The notes under the pieces are model-generated. The model was given only the letters and a program-made list of their open reading frames with translations, did no database searches and was not told the DNA's origin. The translations under genes and the position numbers were made by a program. A stretch of 64,000 nt of DNA, from the NCBI RefSeq assembly GCF_009914755.1, contig NC_060927.1, one strand, 5' to 3'. This DNA comes from the human T2T-CHM13v2.0 reference genome, Homo sapiens. Below, piece after piece: positions 26,093 to 45,570 of the stretch; the first letter of the stretch is position 1, and each line of letters opens with the position of its first letter.

Positions 26093-26667
26093 CTCTTCTG
26101 CATCTGGTTTTATCATGTAACAATATCTCTTGGAGATCCTTCCATACCAATATATAGAGAATTATCTTATTGCTTTTTTATAGTTGCACAGTATTTCATT
26201 GTCAAGATGTACCATACCTTTTTTACCAGTTCCCTATTGATAGAAATTTGAATGAAAATTGTGCAGGGACGTGTGTGTGTGTGTACGTTTGTACATTGTG
26301 TACCACACTAAGTAGTAAGGCTCTTGATATCAATGGCCTTGTTTTCCTTGTGTCCTTAGAACCTAACAAAAAGCCTAGCATATAGGAGATTCTCAGTAAA
26401 TCGTTTGTTGAAAGAAGGATGTACTTGTCCACTTTCTCCATGGGCAATCCTGTTAACACCCGTTACTTTCATTTCCATCTACTCTTAAATTTCTATTTTC
26501 AGCTGAGGCTACCCTGAAGGACCCAGAAACCCAACTCCCATCTCTGCCTCAGCCCAAAATGTCTAACTGCCTCCTCCCCATCTCCACTTGGATGTTTCAC
26601 GGAAGTCCTCTGTCTCAGCATTTCCAGAACTGAACTTCTCACTCCTAATCTCCTCCAACATACCTGC

Positions 26668-27645
26668 TGTGCTTTGGATATGATGTGTTCGTGCCCCCAA
26701 AATCTTATATTGAAATGTGATCCCAGGCCAGGTGCAATGGCTCACACCTGTAATCCCAGCACTTTAGGAGGCTGAGGAGAGCAGATTACTTGAACTCAGG
26801 AGTTTGAGCCCAGCCTGTCCAACACGGCGAACCCCGTCTCTACTAAAAATTCAAAAATTAGCTGGGCATGGTGGCAGGTGCCTGTAATCCCAGTCACTCG
26901 GGAGGCTGAGGCACAATAATCACTTGAACCTCATAGATGGAGGTTGCAGTGAGCCAAGATTGCTCCACTGCACTCCAGCCTGGGCAACAAAGCGAGACTC
27001 TGCCCCCTCCAAAAAAAAAAAAAGAAATGTGATCCAGGCAGGCTGAGAGTGGTGGCTCTCACGCCTGTAATCCCAGCACTTTGGGAGGCTGAGGGGGGCA
27101 GATCACTTGAGGCCAGAAGTTCAATATGGGCCTGGCCAACTTGGTGAAACTCCATCTCTACTAAAAATACAAAAATTATTTGGGCATGGTGGTGCACGCC
27201 TGTACTTCCAGCTGCTCGGGTGGCTGAGGCACGAGAATTGCTTGAACCCAGTGGGTGGAGGCTGCAATGAGCTGATAGCACCTCTGCACTCCAGCCTAGG
27301 CGACAGAGCAAAACTCTGTCTCAAAAAAAAAAAAAAAAAAAAGAAATGTGATTCCTCAGTGTGGAGATTTGGGAGGTGGGGCCTAGTTGGGGGTATTTGA
27401 GTTGTGGGGGGGTTCCCTCATGAATAGTTTGGTGCCATTCTAGGTAGTGAGTGAGTGAGTGAGTTCTGGCTCTGGTGAGGCTGGATGAGTTCTCACAGGA
27501 ATTGATTAGTTCCCAAGAGAGTAGGTTGTGCTAAAGCCAAGATGTCCCTTGGATTTGGGCTGGGATTTCAGGCACGTGCCACAGCGCCCGGCTAATTTTT
27601 GTATTTTTAGTAGAGACGGGGTTTCACCATGTTGGTCAGGCTGGT
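26668..27645. mobile_element. MST-like LTR split by two nested + strand Alus (26726-27022, 27041-27342), ending in an antisense Alu fragment
   Basis: 'gaaatgtgat' recurs at Alu flanks; MaLR motif 'gggaggtggggcctag'. Confidence 0.7.
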
Positions 27646-28070
27646 AAAGACCAAAACACTTCTAATATTAAATATTAAAGTAAATGTGAACTATATATAT
27701 ATTTAAGACAGATTAATGAAAATGAGCAAGATAATTATTTATCCAATTATTCCATCTCAGGGTCACAGGTGGCCAGTCTATCCTGGCAGCTCAGGACAGG
27801 AACCAACCCTGCACAGGATGCCAGCCCATTGTGTACACGTGTGCGCACGTGCACACACACACACACACACACACACAGAGACTGGGACAATTCAGACAAG
27901 CCAATTCACCTAAAGGGCACATCTTTGGGATGTGGGAGGAAACCAGAGGAACCAAGGAAAACTCAGACATGGGGAAAGAGTGTAAACTACACAGACAGGG
28001 GCCCCAGCCAGGAATCAATTTTTTCTCATCAATGTTATAATTGAAATGATGTTACTGGAGGCCCTGCTCT
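27646..28070. mobile_element. MER6-like TcMar-Tigger DNA transposon fragment with internal (CA)n
   Basis: 'catctttgggatgtgggaggaaaccagag', 'ggaatcaattttttctcatcaatgttataa'. Confidence 0.65.
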
Positions 28071-29559
28071 ACTTAACTCCCCCAAGAACCCTAAAAGTCT
28101 CAATCCCAATACATCACTGGCTCATAATGGATCTTGCCATGTAAATTGGGTCCAGATGTGGATGAGGTTCCTCAGATATAATTCCTTAAGAACGGCTCTG
28201 AGCACTGTTCCTCTGAAGGCCTGTGAGCTAGAGATGTTATCTGCTGTCCACGGACCCAGCATACAGAGTTGGCAAGAAGAAGATAAGCATAGTAGACACT
28301 TTTGTTCAAAAGGGGAAAAAACAGGAGCGACAGCTGCCACTGGGTCATAGTAATTCTGAAATCAGCGAGGCACGTGATGCCAGTTCCTTGATTCGAGTCC
28401 CCTCCTGCTCCTTGGGAATGATTATCTGCAGCTCCTGGCTCTATCCTCTTGGCTCATGGGTTTCTTCTAAGTTGTCCTTTCTTTCCCATAGGAAATAGTC
28501 CATGTTTGCATCTGAATAGCCTTCTCAGAAGGCTTCTTAGAAGGCTGGGGCCCACATGTCCCATTTTATTTTTGTGCTCTGCCTTTTCTGGTATAATTGT
28601 CCCTTGCTATTTGTGGTGGATTGGTTCTAGGACTCAGATGCTCAAATCCTGCAGTCAGCCCTGCCAAACCTGGGGATGAGGACTACTGCATTCCCAGTTG
28701 CTACTTTACCTTCAAACCTAGCATTTTGATTGGCTGCCTAACGGGGTGGAATTATCATAACTCTTGGCCTTTGAAACTATTTTCAGTTTTCATTCCCCTG
28801 AATACTCTGCAAATTGTACACATTGAGCACCTACTGTACCCCAACACTGTTTCAAGAATCAGGGATATCGCAGTGAATGAGACAGACAAAAATAGCTGCC
28901 TTGTGGAGCTGCCATTCTAGTGGGGAAGACAGACAATATGCAAATAAGTGAGTAGTATAAGAGGAAAAACTTTGGGAGGCTGAGTCGGGAGGATTACTTG
29001 ACACCATTACTTGACACCAGGAGTTCAAGACTGCCTGGGTAACATAGTGAAAACTTCTCTTTACAAAAAAAAAAAAAAAATTAGCCAGCCATAGTGGTGC
29101 ACGCCTGTGGTCTCAGCTACTCAGGAGGCTGAGACAGGAGGATCACTTGAGCCCAGAAGTTCAAGGCTGCAGTAAGCCCTGATTATGCCACTGCACTCCA
29201 GCATGGGCAACAGAGCAAGAACTTTTCTCAAAAAAAAAAAAAAGAAAAAGAAAATAAAAAAGAAAAAACAGAGGAGAAAAGCAGTAGGGAGATGTCAATT
29301 TTTGTGTTTGTATTGTGGTGACAGGGAGAGGGACTTCAGTTTTAAATAGGGAAGGCTATTTCACTGAAAAGGTTACTTTAAAGTCAAGACCAGAGGAAAG
29401 TGAGGGAGTGGCCAAGCAGATACCTGGAGGAAGAGCTTTCCAGGTAGAGAGAAGTACAACTGCAGAGGTCTGATGTAGATGTGTGCCTTCTCTTTTCTTT
29501 TTTGTTTATCTTTTGGAAGAGACAGTCTTGTTATGTTGCCCAAGCTGGTCTTGAACTCC

Positions 29560-30004
29560 TGGGCACATGCAAAGTGAAAGCAGAGAAAGAGTGGACTTAC
29601 CCCAGAGGCGGATGGTTCTGCAGTGTGCAAGGCCATTTCAGAATACACATAGAGAAAACAGGAGAATAGGTGGTGAGGGTTTTGGGGAAAGAGCCAATTT
29701 TGGTTGAAAAAGTAGGGGAAACCCCAGACATTGTACCATCTCAGGGTTGAGACTGCTTGCCTAGCTTTTGAGATTTTTTTTTTCCCCAGACCCCTCAACT
29801 CCTGAGATCTTATCGGGAAGCTGCTGATCACCAGTTTTAGGTGTTTTTATCTATTGGGAGACTGCCTTTCTCTGGTCTGGCTGCAACCAATTATTATTTT
29901 AGAGAGACAGCTTAACCTGACAACCACGTCATGGTTGCCTCACATTGCTGGTCGGGGAGTGGCCCCTCTCCTGCCCTGCTCAGGTCTGACTACTTACTGT
30001 AACA
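29560..30004 (-). mobile_element. ERV1-class LTR about 0.8 kb upstream of the RAB7A TSS (subfamily uncertain)
   Basis: Minus strand starts TGTTACAGTAAGTAGTCAGACCTGAGCAGGGCAGGAGAGG, typical of MER4-group LTRs. Confidence 0.55.
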
Positions 30005-30609
30005 ATTGCAAGGTTTTTGGATGGAACAATTGAAAGAATGGAGCTTGCATGAACCAAAATAAGAAAAGACTATGAGAGGGCATTGTTGAAGATGGAGGCA
30101 AAAATTCTGAGTGGATCCTGATGTGTTCGGATGGGGCTGGTGCTTGGGAGGCTGCTCTGTGCTTACAAGAAGAGTTCTACCCGGTCCATCTTTATCACAT
30201 CTTCTCTAATACTAAGTTCAGAGAGGCTTTAGCTCATTTTCCATTTTCTTGGGCTGTCTCCTCTGCCAGACAAAGTGCCTATTTCTCCTGTCTCTATCAC
30301 CGAGCCACACAATTGCTGTAGTCATTTGCAGTCTACTAGAACGATAACACATATTGGCATCAGACAGATCTTGGTTCAAAACCTCGCTCCACCAGTTTCT
30401 GTGTTGAGCTAGACCAAGTGACATGATATACTGAGTCTCAGTTCCTTATTTGTAAAATGGTGATAATAATTTTTGGTTAAGTAATTAAAGTAAGGATAAA
30501 TGATGCCTTTCGAAGAAGGACACAACTGGAATGGCCAGTTTACCCCTTGTCCCCTCTTCGGTGGCATTATTTATTCTGGAGTAAGGAGGGATGGCTGAGG
30601 GAATCTGTC

Positions 30610-31600
30610 TGTGGGTCCAACATGGCGCCGTCCTGCTCCTTGTATGAGCCTCAAAGATGGGGACAACCATTTGGGGGCAGACATGTTTGTAGCACGAGAT
30701 CCAGGCTCAGTCCCGAGGCAGCCGGAACGTGACGCAAGGTTGAGGCGGGGCTCCTCCCCCGCACCCTGGCGTCGAGCGTCTCGTGACAGGTACTTCCGCT
30801 CGGGGCGGCGGCGGTGGCGGAAGTGGGAGCGGGCCTGGAGTCTTGGCCATAAAGCCTGAGGCGGCGGCAGCGGCGGAGTTGGCGGCTTGGAGAGCTCGGG
30901 AGAGTTCCCTGGAACCAGAACTTGGACCTTCTCGCTTCTGTCCTCCGTTTAGTCTCCTCCTCGGCGGGAGCCCTCGCGACGCGCCCGGCCCGGATCCCCC
31001 AGCGCAGCGGCCGCGGTAAGCAGCGGGCCCAGCCCGGCCGGCGGCCTGGCCCCATCCCCCCCCTCAGCCCCTCGGTCGCCAGGGCCTCGCGTCCTCCCTG
31101 TCCTCCTGGGCAGGCTCCAGTCCCAGCCCTGGCCACGCGGGCACACCCGGCATCGCTCAGGCCCCCGGAGCAGGCCAAGACCCCACCCGGCTTGGAGAGG
31201 TCGGAGGTCGTCGGGCGTGACCTCTGGCCGGGTTGCCCGCCCCGGCCACCCGTCTCGGACGCTCTGTTTACTGTTGGCCTGGATCTCAGAGACCCGAGAG
31301 GGTTCCTTGACTTGGGCGGCCCTGCGCCGCGGCAGGACGCGCTGGCCAGTGGAGTTCCTTAGCGCGGCGAGCAGGAGGGTGTCAGAGCCCACGCCGCCCG
31401 CCGCCGTGCCCACCCGGCGGGCATGGGTCACAGGCGCTGGGGGCCGAGCCGCGTTCCCATCCGGTTCTTCAGTTGAACAGCCTGACCCTGTTAGTGGGAG
31501 TTCCCTGACGGCAACTGAGTCAAGGCAGTGAGTCAGGTCACGTGCGCTGGGCTCGCCTCGACACTTGTGTACATTGAGGCGCCTCTGGCGCTGGGAGACA
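30610..31600 (+). promoter_or_regulatory. RAB7A: RAB7A CpG-island promoter (TATA-less)
   Basis: YY1-like CAACATGGCGCC 30618-30629; CRE-like TGACGCA 30730-30736; GC box 30742-30750; ETS sites ACTTCCG 30792-30798 and GCGGAAGT 30817-30824. Confidence 0.88.
30792..31015 (+). other. RAB7A: RAB7A exon 1 (non-coding 5' UTR); start approximate
   Basis: Matches recalled RAB7A mRNA 5' end; ends ...cagcggccgcg followed by donor GTAAGC at 31016; no ATG in the exon. Confidence 0.88.
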
Positions 31601-33111
31601 GGGAGCTTTTTGTCCTAGGCATGTTACGGTAAATCCTGAGAGAAGTTTTTCAACTTAATCGAGGAAAGATGGTAGTTGGATGTAGAGTTGTGTTTCCATT
31701 CCGACCGTGTTTGGGGCCTCTTTCTGCATTCATTTTAGGCTTGATACCTAATGGGGTCATAAGGGGAATATTGAGAATATTGACAGCAAATATTTGAGCG
31801 TTTATTGTATGCTAGGCAGCGTGGCAAGACCTTTTAACAGATCATTATGTTTAGTTCTTTGAACAACCCTCTGAAGTACCACTGTTGTGCCCACTTAACA
31901 CAGTGGGAAGTTGAACAGAGAGGCTAAGCCATTTGGCCAAGGTCACACAGCTAATAAGTTACGAAGCAGAGATGCAAGCCCAGGCAGTCAGACTCCAGAG
32001 CACTGTATTAAATTTCTAGGTTGTACTGCTTTCACGTACCCCTGAAGCTTGCTGGTTTATCTTTTGCTACCTGGTATCTGTACCTCAGTGCCTCCCACCA
32101 CCTCCTTTCTTTCTATTGATGTCATTTGAAAGTCTTTCTGGTAGCATCAGTTCTCCCTTAAAGCCATAAGAAATGCCGTTTGCGACTTATCACACATATT
32201 GTGGTGTAGTGTCACCGAATTAGGAGCTCTTGAATACCGGCAGGGTACTTAACTGAGGTTTGAAAAATTTTGCAGGTAGGCCTGGCAAACCTGCCTAGTG
32301 AACCTTTCTTACAACCTTAGTTGATGGCTGTCCAGCCGGCTGGTTCTTCCCTATTCAAAATACTGCATCTTTGGTTTCCTAAAGAACGGACTCTTGTCTC
32401 TTTCTTGTGACTTAAGCAGCTGATGAAGCACATGATTTCTCATCCATGGATGAATAAAGTCTCCTCTTAGTGTGTTTCTCTCTTCAAACTTGGGAAGGTT
32501 TGTTCAGATTTGAGTTTAAGGACTGGAAGGTGAGTTAGGAGTACTTCTTCTGAAGAAGGGACCGGCTAAGTTAAAGCTTAGCGTTCACAATCCTGTTGTA
32601 TTCATATTTGTCTTTTTTTTTTTTAACTTTGCTACCTAGCCTAAAATATTTAAGTGAGTAATAAGTACTGTGGCTTTATATAATGTTTGAGTTTAGAGTA
32701 ATGATAGGCACCTTTTTATTCATTCATTAAGTATTTTGAGTATCCATTGAGTATCAGCAATGTATCAGGCATTGTGGGACATTGACTCAGGGAGATAGGC
32801 GTGGTTCCTGTCCTCAAGGAATTTTTAAAAGGTGAATGATCTTGGCCAGAAATTCTGTTGTGGAATAATTTGGCGGTAGAACTTGAGGCTTTTTGGAAAG
32901 AGTTATTTCTCATCTCTGCTGGTGAATCAGTAGTAACCCAAAGGATGGTGTTCTTCTGGCTAACTTTAAGGCTTTGTTAATTTTAACAACAGCATTTGTA
33001 TGGTTTGCTCTTCAGAGAGTGTAGAAGATAATATTACAGTTTCTAATTAATCACATCTTTTAAAGAGTAACCTTCAACACTCAACTTGTTTCTCCTTTTG
33101 CTCTAGTGGCA

Positions 33112-35183
<2,072 letters not shown>

Positions 35184-36381
35184 TAAAACTTATTTTTAAA
35201 ACATTTCTTAATGGTGGTGGTCACTGCGATTTGTGAATCAGAGGTAAAAGTGATGTGGCGAGTGAAATCAAAACAAGTTTTTTAGCAGTGTCTGTTACCA
35301 GTTTCAATTTTAGTATCCCAGGCTGTGATTACAAAAACATATTTAAGAATAGCTACTTGCAAAATATCTCCTTGTGGGAGGAAGAAAGCTTGGGAGTTGG
35401 TTCCAATGCTGACCTACAGCATTGGCCTTGTTCATTTGCTTGAAGATGCAGTACTTAACTCATGGGGCCTGGAGTCTCTGTTTTGGTGATGGCATCACTG
35501 CTGAGAAATTTAAGTTTGCCTGATTCTGTTGTCCACTTCTGGTGTCCTGGGACTGTCTACAGTTGGGACCAAGCAAATCCAAGGGAGCCTATTTAAGGGG
35601 AGCCTGGGACAAGGGCAGTTTAGGAATTCTCCAGCCTTGCTTGTCTCTTAGTTGGTCCTTCTTGTGTGGCTGCTGCCAGATAAAGGAAAGGAAGTTCTCT
35701 CTTCTCCCTCAGCCTTTCCTTTCCAGCTTTGCTTCATACTGCTGGGCATTAACCATCTCAGATCAGGAGTCCTTTAAAAGTTACTTAGTGAAGTAAATAG
35801 TTACATCATTGATTTCCAATATTGGTATGTAAGTGTAATAAAAAGTTGGTTTCCATTGAATAAGCTTTGTAGTTTGAGTTATTTGAGAGTGCATAATTAC
35901 AAAGCTGCTATGAATTAACCTTAAATAACCAAGCATAGACTTTATGAAAAATAGTGTCCCTTATATGTGGTATTCAGTCAGCCTACCAACAGTTCTTCTG
36001 TTCACTTACAGATATGAGGATCCCTGAGATAACTGCGGGTCATTTAAAACCCACTCTTAAATCCTCTGACCTGCACCATGTTAATGGTTGTTAAAAAAGC
36101 GATAACATTTTGTAGAAACCTTCCTACACATTTGCCTTTAAATGCTTTTTAATGTTTCTGTGGTATTTGTAGTTTACATGTGATTTCATTTGGTGCTCAC
36201 AACTGTTGTGTGTATCTGCCTGAAATAGCTGAGGCTGTATGCTCAGGTGGCTCAGCTGGAATGTCAGTCTAGGTCTGCTAACTCAGTTCAGTGCTCTTTC
36301 TGATGTACCATCCTGCCTTTCCATTATATGCTAGTGCCCTAAAGACCACGACATTTCACCCCTTGTAAAAGTGTATCTTTC

Positions 36382-36993
<612 letters not shown>

Positions 36994-38115
36994 CACTACC
37001 TTTTATTTAAAATGATACGTCTTTTTTGCTGATTATTAAACTATTCAGTTAAAAAAAAAAAGCTAGGAAAATTCAGAAATATAAAGAAGGAAAATTTGTG
37101 ATTCACTACCCCGAGGAAGACCAAAGTGTTAACTGGTTATTTTCTTCCTTTGAATGTATACTTTCATACCTTCCTTTAATGAGATTGAACTCTTGGCCAG
37201 GCATGGTGGTCAGTACTTTGGGAGGAGTAATCCCAGCACTTTGGGAGGGTAAGGCAGGAGGATTGCTTGAGCCCAGGAGTTCAAGACCACCTTCAGCAAC
37301 AAAGTAAGACTCCATCTCTACAAAGAAAAGAAAAAATTAGGTGGGTGTGGTGGTACACTTGTGGTTCCAGATGGTGGGAGGCTGAGACGGGAGGATCACT
37401 TGATTCCAGGAGTTTAAGGCTGCAGTGGTTTGTGTTCGTGGCACTGCACTCCAGCCTGGGTGGCAGAGCAAGACCCTGTCTCAAGAAAAAAGAAATTGAA
37501 CTCTCCCCAAAAATGATGTGAGAATTTAACTGTGGAGGAGACCAGATACTCTTGGGTGATGTGACCTGTGATACTTCTCCTAGTAGACACTGAATGATGA
37601 GAAGCTGGGGATCATAGGAATAGCTGTATTTTTCAAATGTTTGTTGGTAACGAGTGAGGAACCTGATGCATCCAGCTCCAGAGTAAGGTTTATTTGCCAT
37701 GGTAACACTGGATAAGTACATTGTTGCCTGTATTTCCAAGTAATTTATCATTTCTGTATTTTAGTAAACATACATATATACAGAAAAGTGCACAAATAAG
37801 TGGACGGCTTAGAGAATTTTTATAAACCCAGAGGCCCTCTTAGTCTCCTTTAAGTCATTATCATCGATGCCCTGATGCTTGCGTAGTGAGTCTTCTGATT
37901 TCTAGAACTGTAGACTAATTTTGCCTGATTTGGATTTTGTGTAAATGGAATCATACACTGTGTATTCTTGCGTATCTGGTTTCTTTGACTCAGTGTTGTT
38001 TGTGAGACTTTGTGTTGTTGTGTACAGTTGTAACTGGAGTTTCCATTGCTCAGTAGTATTATGTGATATATCATAATGTATTTAAGTAAAAAGACTGAGT
38101 TTTAGGGTATGTGTC

Positions 38116-38497
38116 TGTATTCATTTGCTAGGGCTGCCGTAACAAGTATCACAGATAGAGTGGCTTAAACAGAAATTTATTTTCTCAATTCTGAAGGTTA
38201 GAAATCTGAGGTCAAGCTGTCGGGAGGATTAGTTTCTTCTGAAGCCTCTCCTTGGTTTGTAAATGACTGTCTTCTCTTCCCTGTATCTTCACAGGATCTT
38301 TCCTCTGTATTGGCTGTGTCCTATTCTCCTTTTCTTTTAGGACACCAGTCGTATTGGATTGAGGCCCACCCTTATGACCTCACTTAACCTCAGTTACTTC
38401 TTTAAAGGCCCTGTCTGCAAATAAGTCACATTCTGATATATTGGGGATTAGAATTTCAACTTAAAAATTTTAGGTGGACACAGTTCACTTCATAAGA
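38116..38497 (-). mobile_element. MLT1B-like MaLR LTR inside old L1M sequence
   Basis: 'tgtattcatttgctagggctgccgtaacaag', 'attggattgaggcccaccc'. Confidence 0.75.
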
Positions 38498-38790
38498 GTA
38501 TCTATTCTGCTCTAGTAGATATGGCCAGTTTTCAAAAGTTGTACCAGCGTATTCTTCCACCAGCAGTATATAAGAAGTCCAAATATTCCACATCCTTGCT
38601 AGCACTTGTAACTTTTTCTCTCTAATTTTAGTTCCCTCTGGTAGAAAGCCATTTCTTTATGGCACCATGGTACAGCTTGTTTACTCACCAGTGTAGGGGA
38701 ACCTCAAGGGACTGGGGAAGGTTATCCTGGAGTAAAACGTGTCAGTTTGAGACTACCTCTTGTAAATGCTACTTAAATCCATTGGGGTTA

Positions 38791-39103
<313 letters not shown>

Positions 39104-41296
39104 CTACCTCAAAAAAAAAAAAAAAAAAAAAAAGGAAAGAAAAGAAAGAAAGGAAAACACCGCTTCAGTCCAGTGAATGAGCAGTTAGTCTTCCATAGTT
39201 GCCCATAGCTTACTTTTATAGTCTGGACTCCATTCCTGGTGGTGGAATTGGCCTGTGAAAGAGTAATCTGTGGGGTGTAGATCTAACCATAGTAGATGGT
39301 GCTTTCATTCCAACTCTCTTTTTTGGTCAGACACTTGAGCCCTTAGAATATCACATTCTATCGTACATATGCTAGAAATAGGTCTGTTTTGCATATTCTG
39401 ACTGACCCTTCAGATATTAGTGGGCCTTTCACCACCAGCCTTTTGGCTGCGTGATCTTCAGCTTTGTGTATCCATTATAGACCTTAGTTTGATTGAAATA
39501 ATATTACATGACTTTGCCTGTCTTCCAACTCTAAGCCACTTGAGGACAAGGATGAATCATTATTCTAGAATGGATCTTGAAATATTACTAAGCTTTTGTT
39601 TAAATTTTTTCCAGTTCTAGCTTTTCAGAGTAAGTTACCGTTTATAGCATGTAAGTTATGCTTCTGGGTCAGTGGTTAATATATGTGGGTTTCCTGAATG
39701 ATGAACTATGTGTTCTGTGTTCATTTAACAGGTTTTTCTTCTCTACTATAAGAAAACACTGTTGGCCCCTGTGGAGAATTATTCAGGAATAATTGTAAAT
39801 ACAGGGCAGATGAGAGTTACTTAGTTTAGAGTTGTTCAATGCCTGGGGTGGTGAGGGGCATGTTGAGTGGATTTTTAAATAAATTGGTAGGCAGGTGAGA
39901 GTTGGGAAACCATTATAGTTGGAAAGAATGGCATAAGTCAATGAATGGATGTAGGGATTGCAGTAGCTCTAATTTGGGAATGACTGTATGTATGGAAACC
40001 AGATCCTGGTAGGGAGGGCAGGCACTGCAATCCCTTGTTAGAGGATTTAAGTTCAACCAAGTGGCACTTCACTCTGTAATGCTGGAATAGACACAGCATA
40101 ATCCTGTCACTTGAACCTCACAATTAAGTCAGATAGTACCCCAGTTATGGGTGAGGAATGGCTTTGATGTTGTAATTTGTCTAAAGAAACCATACATTAA
40201 GAGCTTAGTGGGCTAGGATTGAAATACTACAAGAGTTGTGCTTAAACTTTCAGAGAGTTGCTTCTTCAGAAGTGGCTTTAATGAAAAGTTAAACATGGGA
40301 GCTGGTTAGGGGAGGTGGGATAGAGGAAGAGAGCAGTTAGTTTGGTTTTCCTCTTTAGCCAGCCCATTGTGGGCTCCTCTTAGCAATTTATGGGCAGTCT
40401 GTTTTACTGGTTAAATGCCTGAGATAATCTAGGGTTGATATCAAACTATCGAAGATAGTTCTTATGTAACTGTTTTACTAGCTATCTGCTTTCCAGTTTG
40501 CCTTACCAAAAAGAAAAAAAGGCAGGAATCATCCTGGTCTCTCGTTAGAGACTAAACTTTTGGCTTAGTACCTGGGTTCAGAAAGCTTGATGACAGTGGT
40601 GCATCGTATTGAAGAATCTATTGATCCAGGAGTGAAGTCCTCTTCACAAGAATTGCCTTCCAAGACACTCTTCTTTGTGTAAGTTGCCTTTGCCTTTTCC
40701 CTCCCAGCAGGAATGCAGTACTCAGAGCAAAGTACATAAACAATGTCTTTACATTTCATAGAGGTTGTTACCTTGTTTAAACTTCACAATTTAAGCAGCA
40801 TTTGATTTGTCTCTTTTTTTTTTTTTAGATGAGGAAATGGACTAAAAGGTCATGCTCAGTATCTTGGAGCCACTGTGTGTTAGTGAGACTGGGACTAGCA
40901 TCCAGTATTCCAAGTTGACAGATAATTCTTTAATAATGGCAGAAGAATAATAGCATCTTCTGCGGAAGAACAGCCTTTGTACATTTTATCATTCAGTTTT
41001 ATTTAAATGTTTTTAAAAGAGGGATTTCAGACTAGTCTGTTTCTTTTGAAACATAGATTTTCAGGTGGTGAATCTTCAAGCACTATCAGACAGAATAAGC
41101 TAGGTTATGCTGTAGTAACCAATAACCTCAAAGTGGTCAAAAAGAGCATGGGTTTTCTAGAGGCTCTGCATCATTCTTACTCCAACCAAAGGAGCAGCCG
41201 TGATAGGAGTATTGATGGCTGTCTTGGCAAAGGGAAAAAGAACTGTTGGAGGCAGTTAAATTCCAGCACGTACAGTTTAAATCCAGCACATACAGA

Positions 41297-41344
41297 TAAA
41301 TTTAAATACTGTTAAATAAAGTTATTTAACAGTATTTAAATTTA
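41297..41344. repeat. Perfect AT-rich palindrome, 23-bp arms, 2-nt loop
   Basis: TAAATTTAAATACTGTTAAATAA-AG-TTATTTAACAGTATTTAAATTTA. Confidence 0.95.
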
Positions 41345-41689
41345 AAAAAATTTAAATACAGTTGAATACAGTTAAATTCCAGCACAGGAATGACACATTA
41401 TTTCATGTCACTTCTGCTTAGGGTTCATTGGCCAAAATGAGTCACACCACACAAGGAATCAAGTGTGATCCTACATGTGTGGACTTGGAAGGCACGGAGT
41501 TGGAAATATTTGGGAAATAGCACTAGTATCATACTTGGCTTATAACATGTAATAGCTATTGGGGGAAATAGCTCTCATTTGCAGAATCTCTTTCTACAAA
41601 TCAGCTGGTAATTTAAATGCTAAAAAGAGCTTAGTTATAGATACTGTGTTGCCCGTCTTTACTCACTAATCACCTTCCGATCCTAAGAA

Positions 41690-42970
<1,281 letters not shown>

Positions 42971-43873
42971 CGTCAAGAACCCTATGTTTTTCCATTATTC
43001 TTGTTTGAGGCTCTCCACAAATGGTCTCCAGCTTGCCTTCCTGGCTTTGTTTTTTTTGATAAAGACACATATTCCTCTGAGTTGCTTTATTCACCTTTTC
43101 CTTACCACACTTTGTTCCCTACTTCCTTTATCTTGATTCCTGTCAATTCCCCTTCATCTCTGTTTTCTAGCTCCAGTACTCTGTTGGCATCCTGCCTGAC
43201 TCAGGTACCAGTCCACTTTTAAAGCTTTTCTTGACCACTTACGTCTATAGTGTTCTTTTTACTGAATCCCTGGGGCTTGCCACAGATTATCTTATAGTTG
43301 TGGATTTTGTATATGTATCTTTCCTACCTTAGGAGGGGGCCTTAAGGGTAAGTCCCAGACTGATTTACCTGTTTTTCCCCAAATGTTAACCATTTGAAAG
43401 AAAGAACTAAATGGATATTTCTCAAATGGCTTTTGATAGATACATGTACAATACATCTGTTGTCATACCTGGTTGGAAAAAAAAATGCCTGTAAATTCTT
43501 CACATTGTTTGAAATCAGTGTGTCAGAAGCTGTAGGATTGTAGAAGCTTTCTTAAGCAAGGCCATAGTATGGCTGTCAAATCTGTTACTAAGCTTTAGTC
43601 TCCATTTCTGAAAAACGAGAGTAATGTGTAATCCTTAAGATCCTTTCGTATTTTGACATTCTCTGACTCTTGGACATACTGCTGTGGCTTTTGCAACATC
43701 CTAACTGGTTAGTTGACACCATCAGAAACTTTAAGGACCCTGTTAGCCATTGAGTATATGGAGCTTTGCCCATTCGTTTCTGAGAGGCAAGAGGCACTGG
43801 TAGGCAGTTAGATTTTTCTTTAAAATGTGTACTCGTTTCTAAATTACAGAAGCAGTATAAAAGTCTTAAAGCG

Positions 43874-45570
<1,697 letters not shown>

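Noticed and set aside
30991-31000. cggatccccc where I recall cggagccccc in RAB7A mRNA
   Set aside because: Memory is not reliable to single-base level; needs alignment to RefSeq and dbSNP.
30651-31531. ORFs of 104-175 aa over the RAB7A promoter
   Set aside because: GC-rich island artefacts with mostly non-ATG starts; exon 1 is non-coding.
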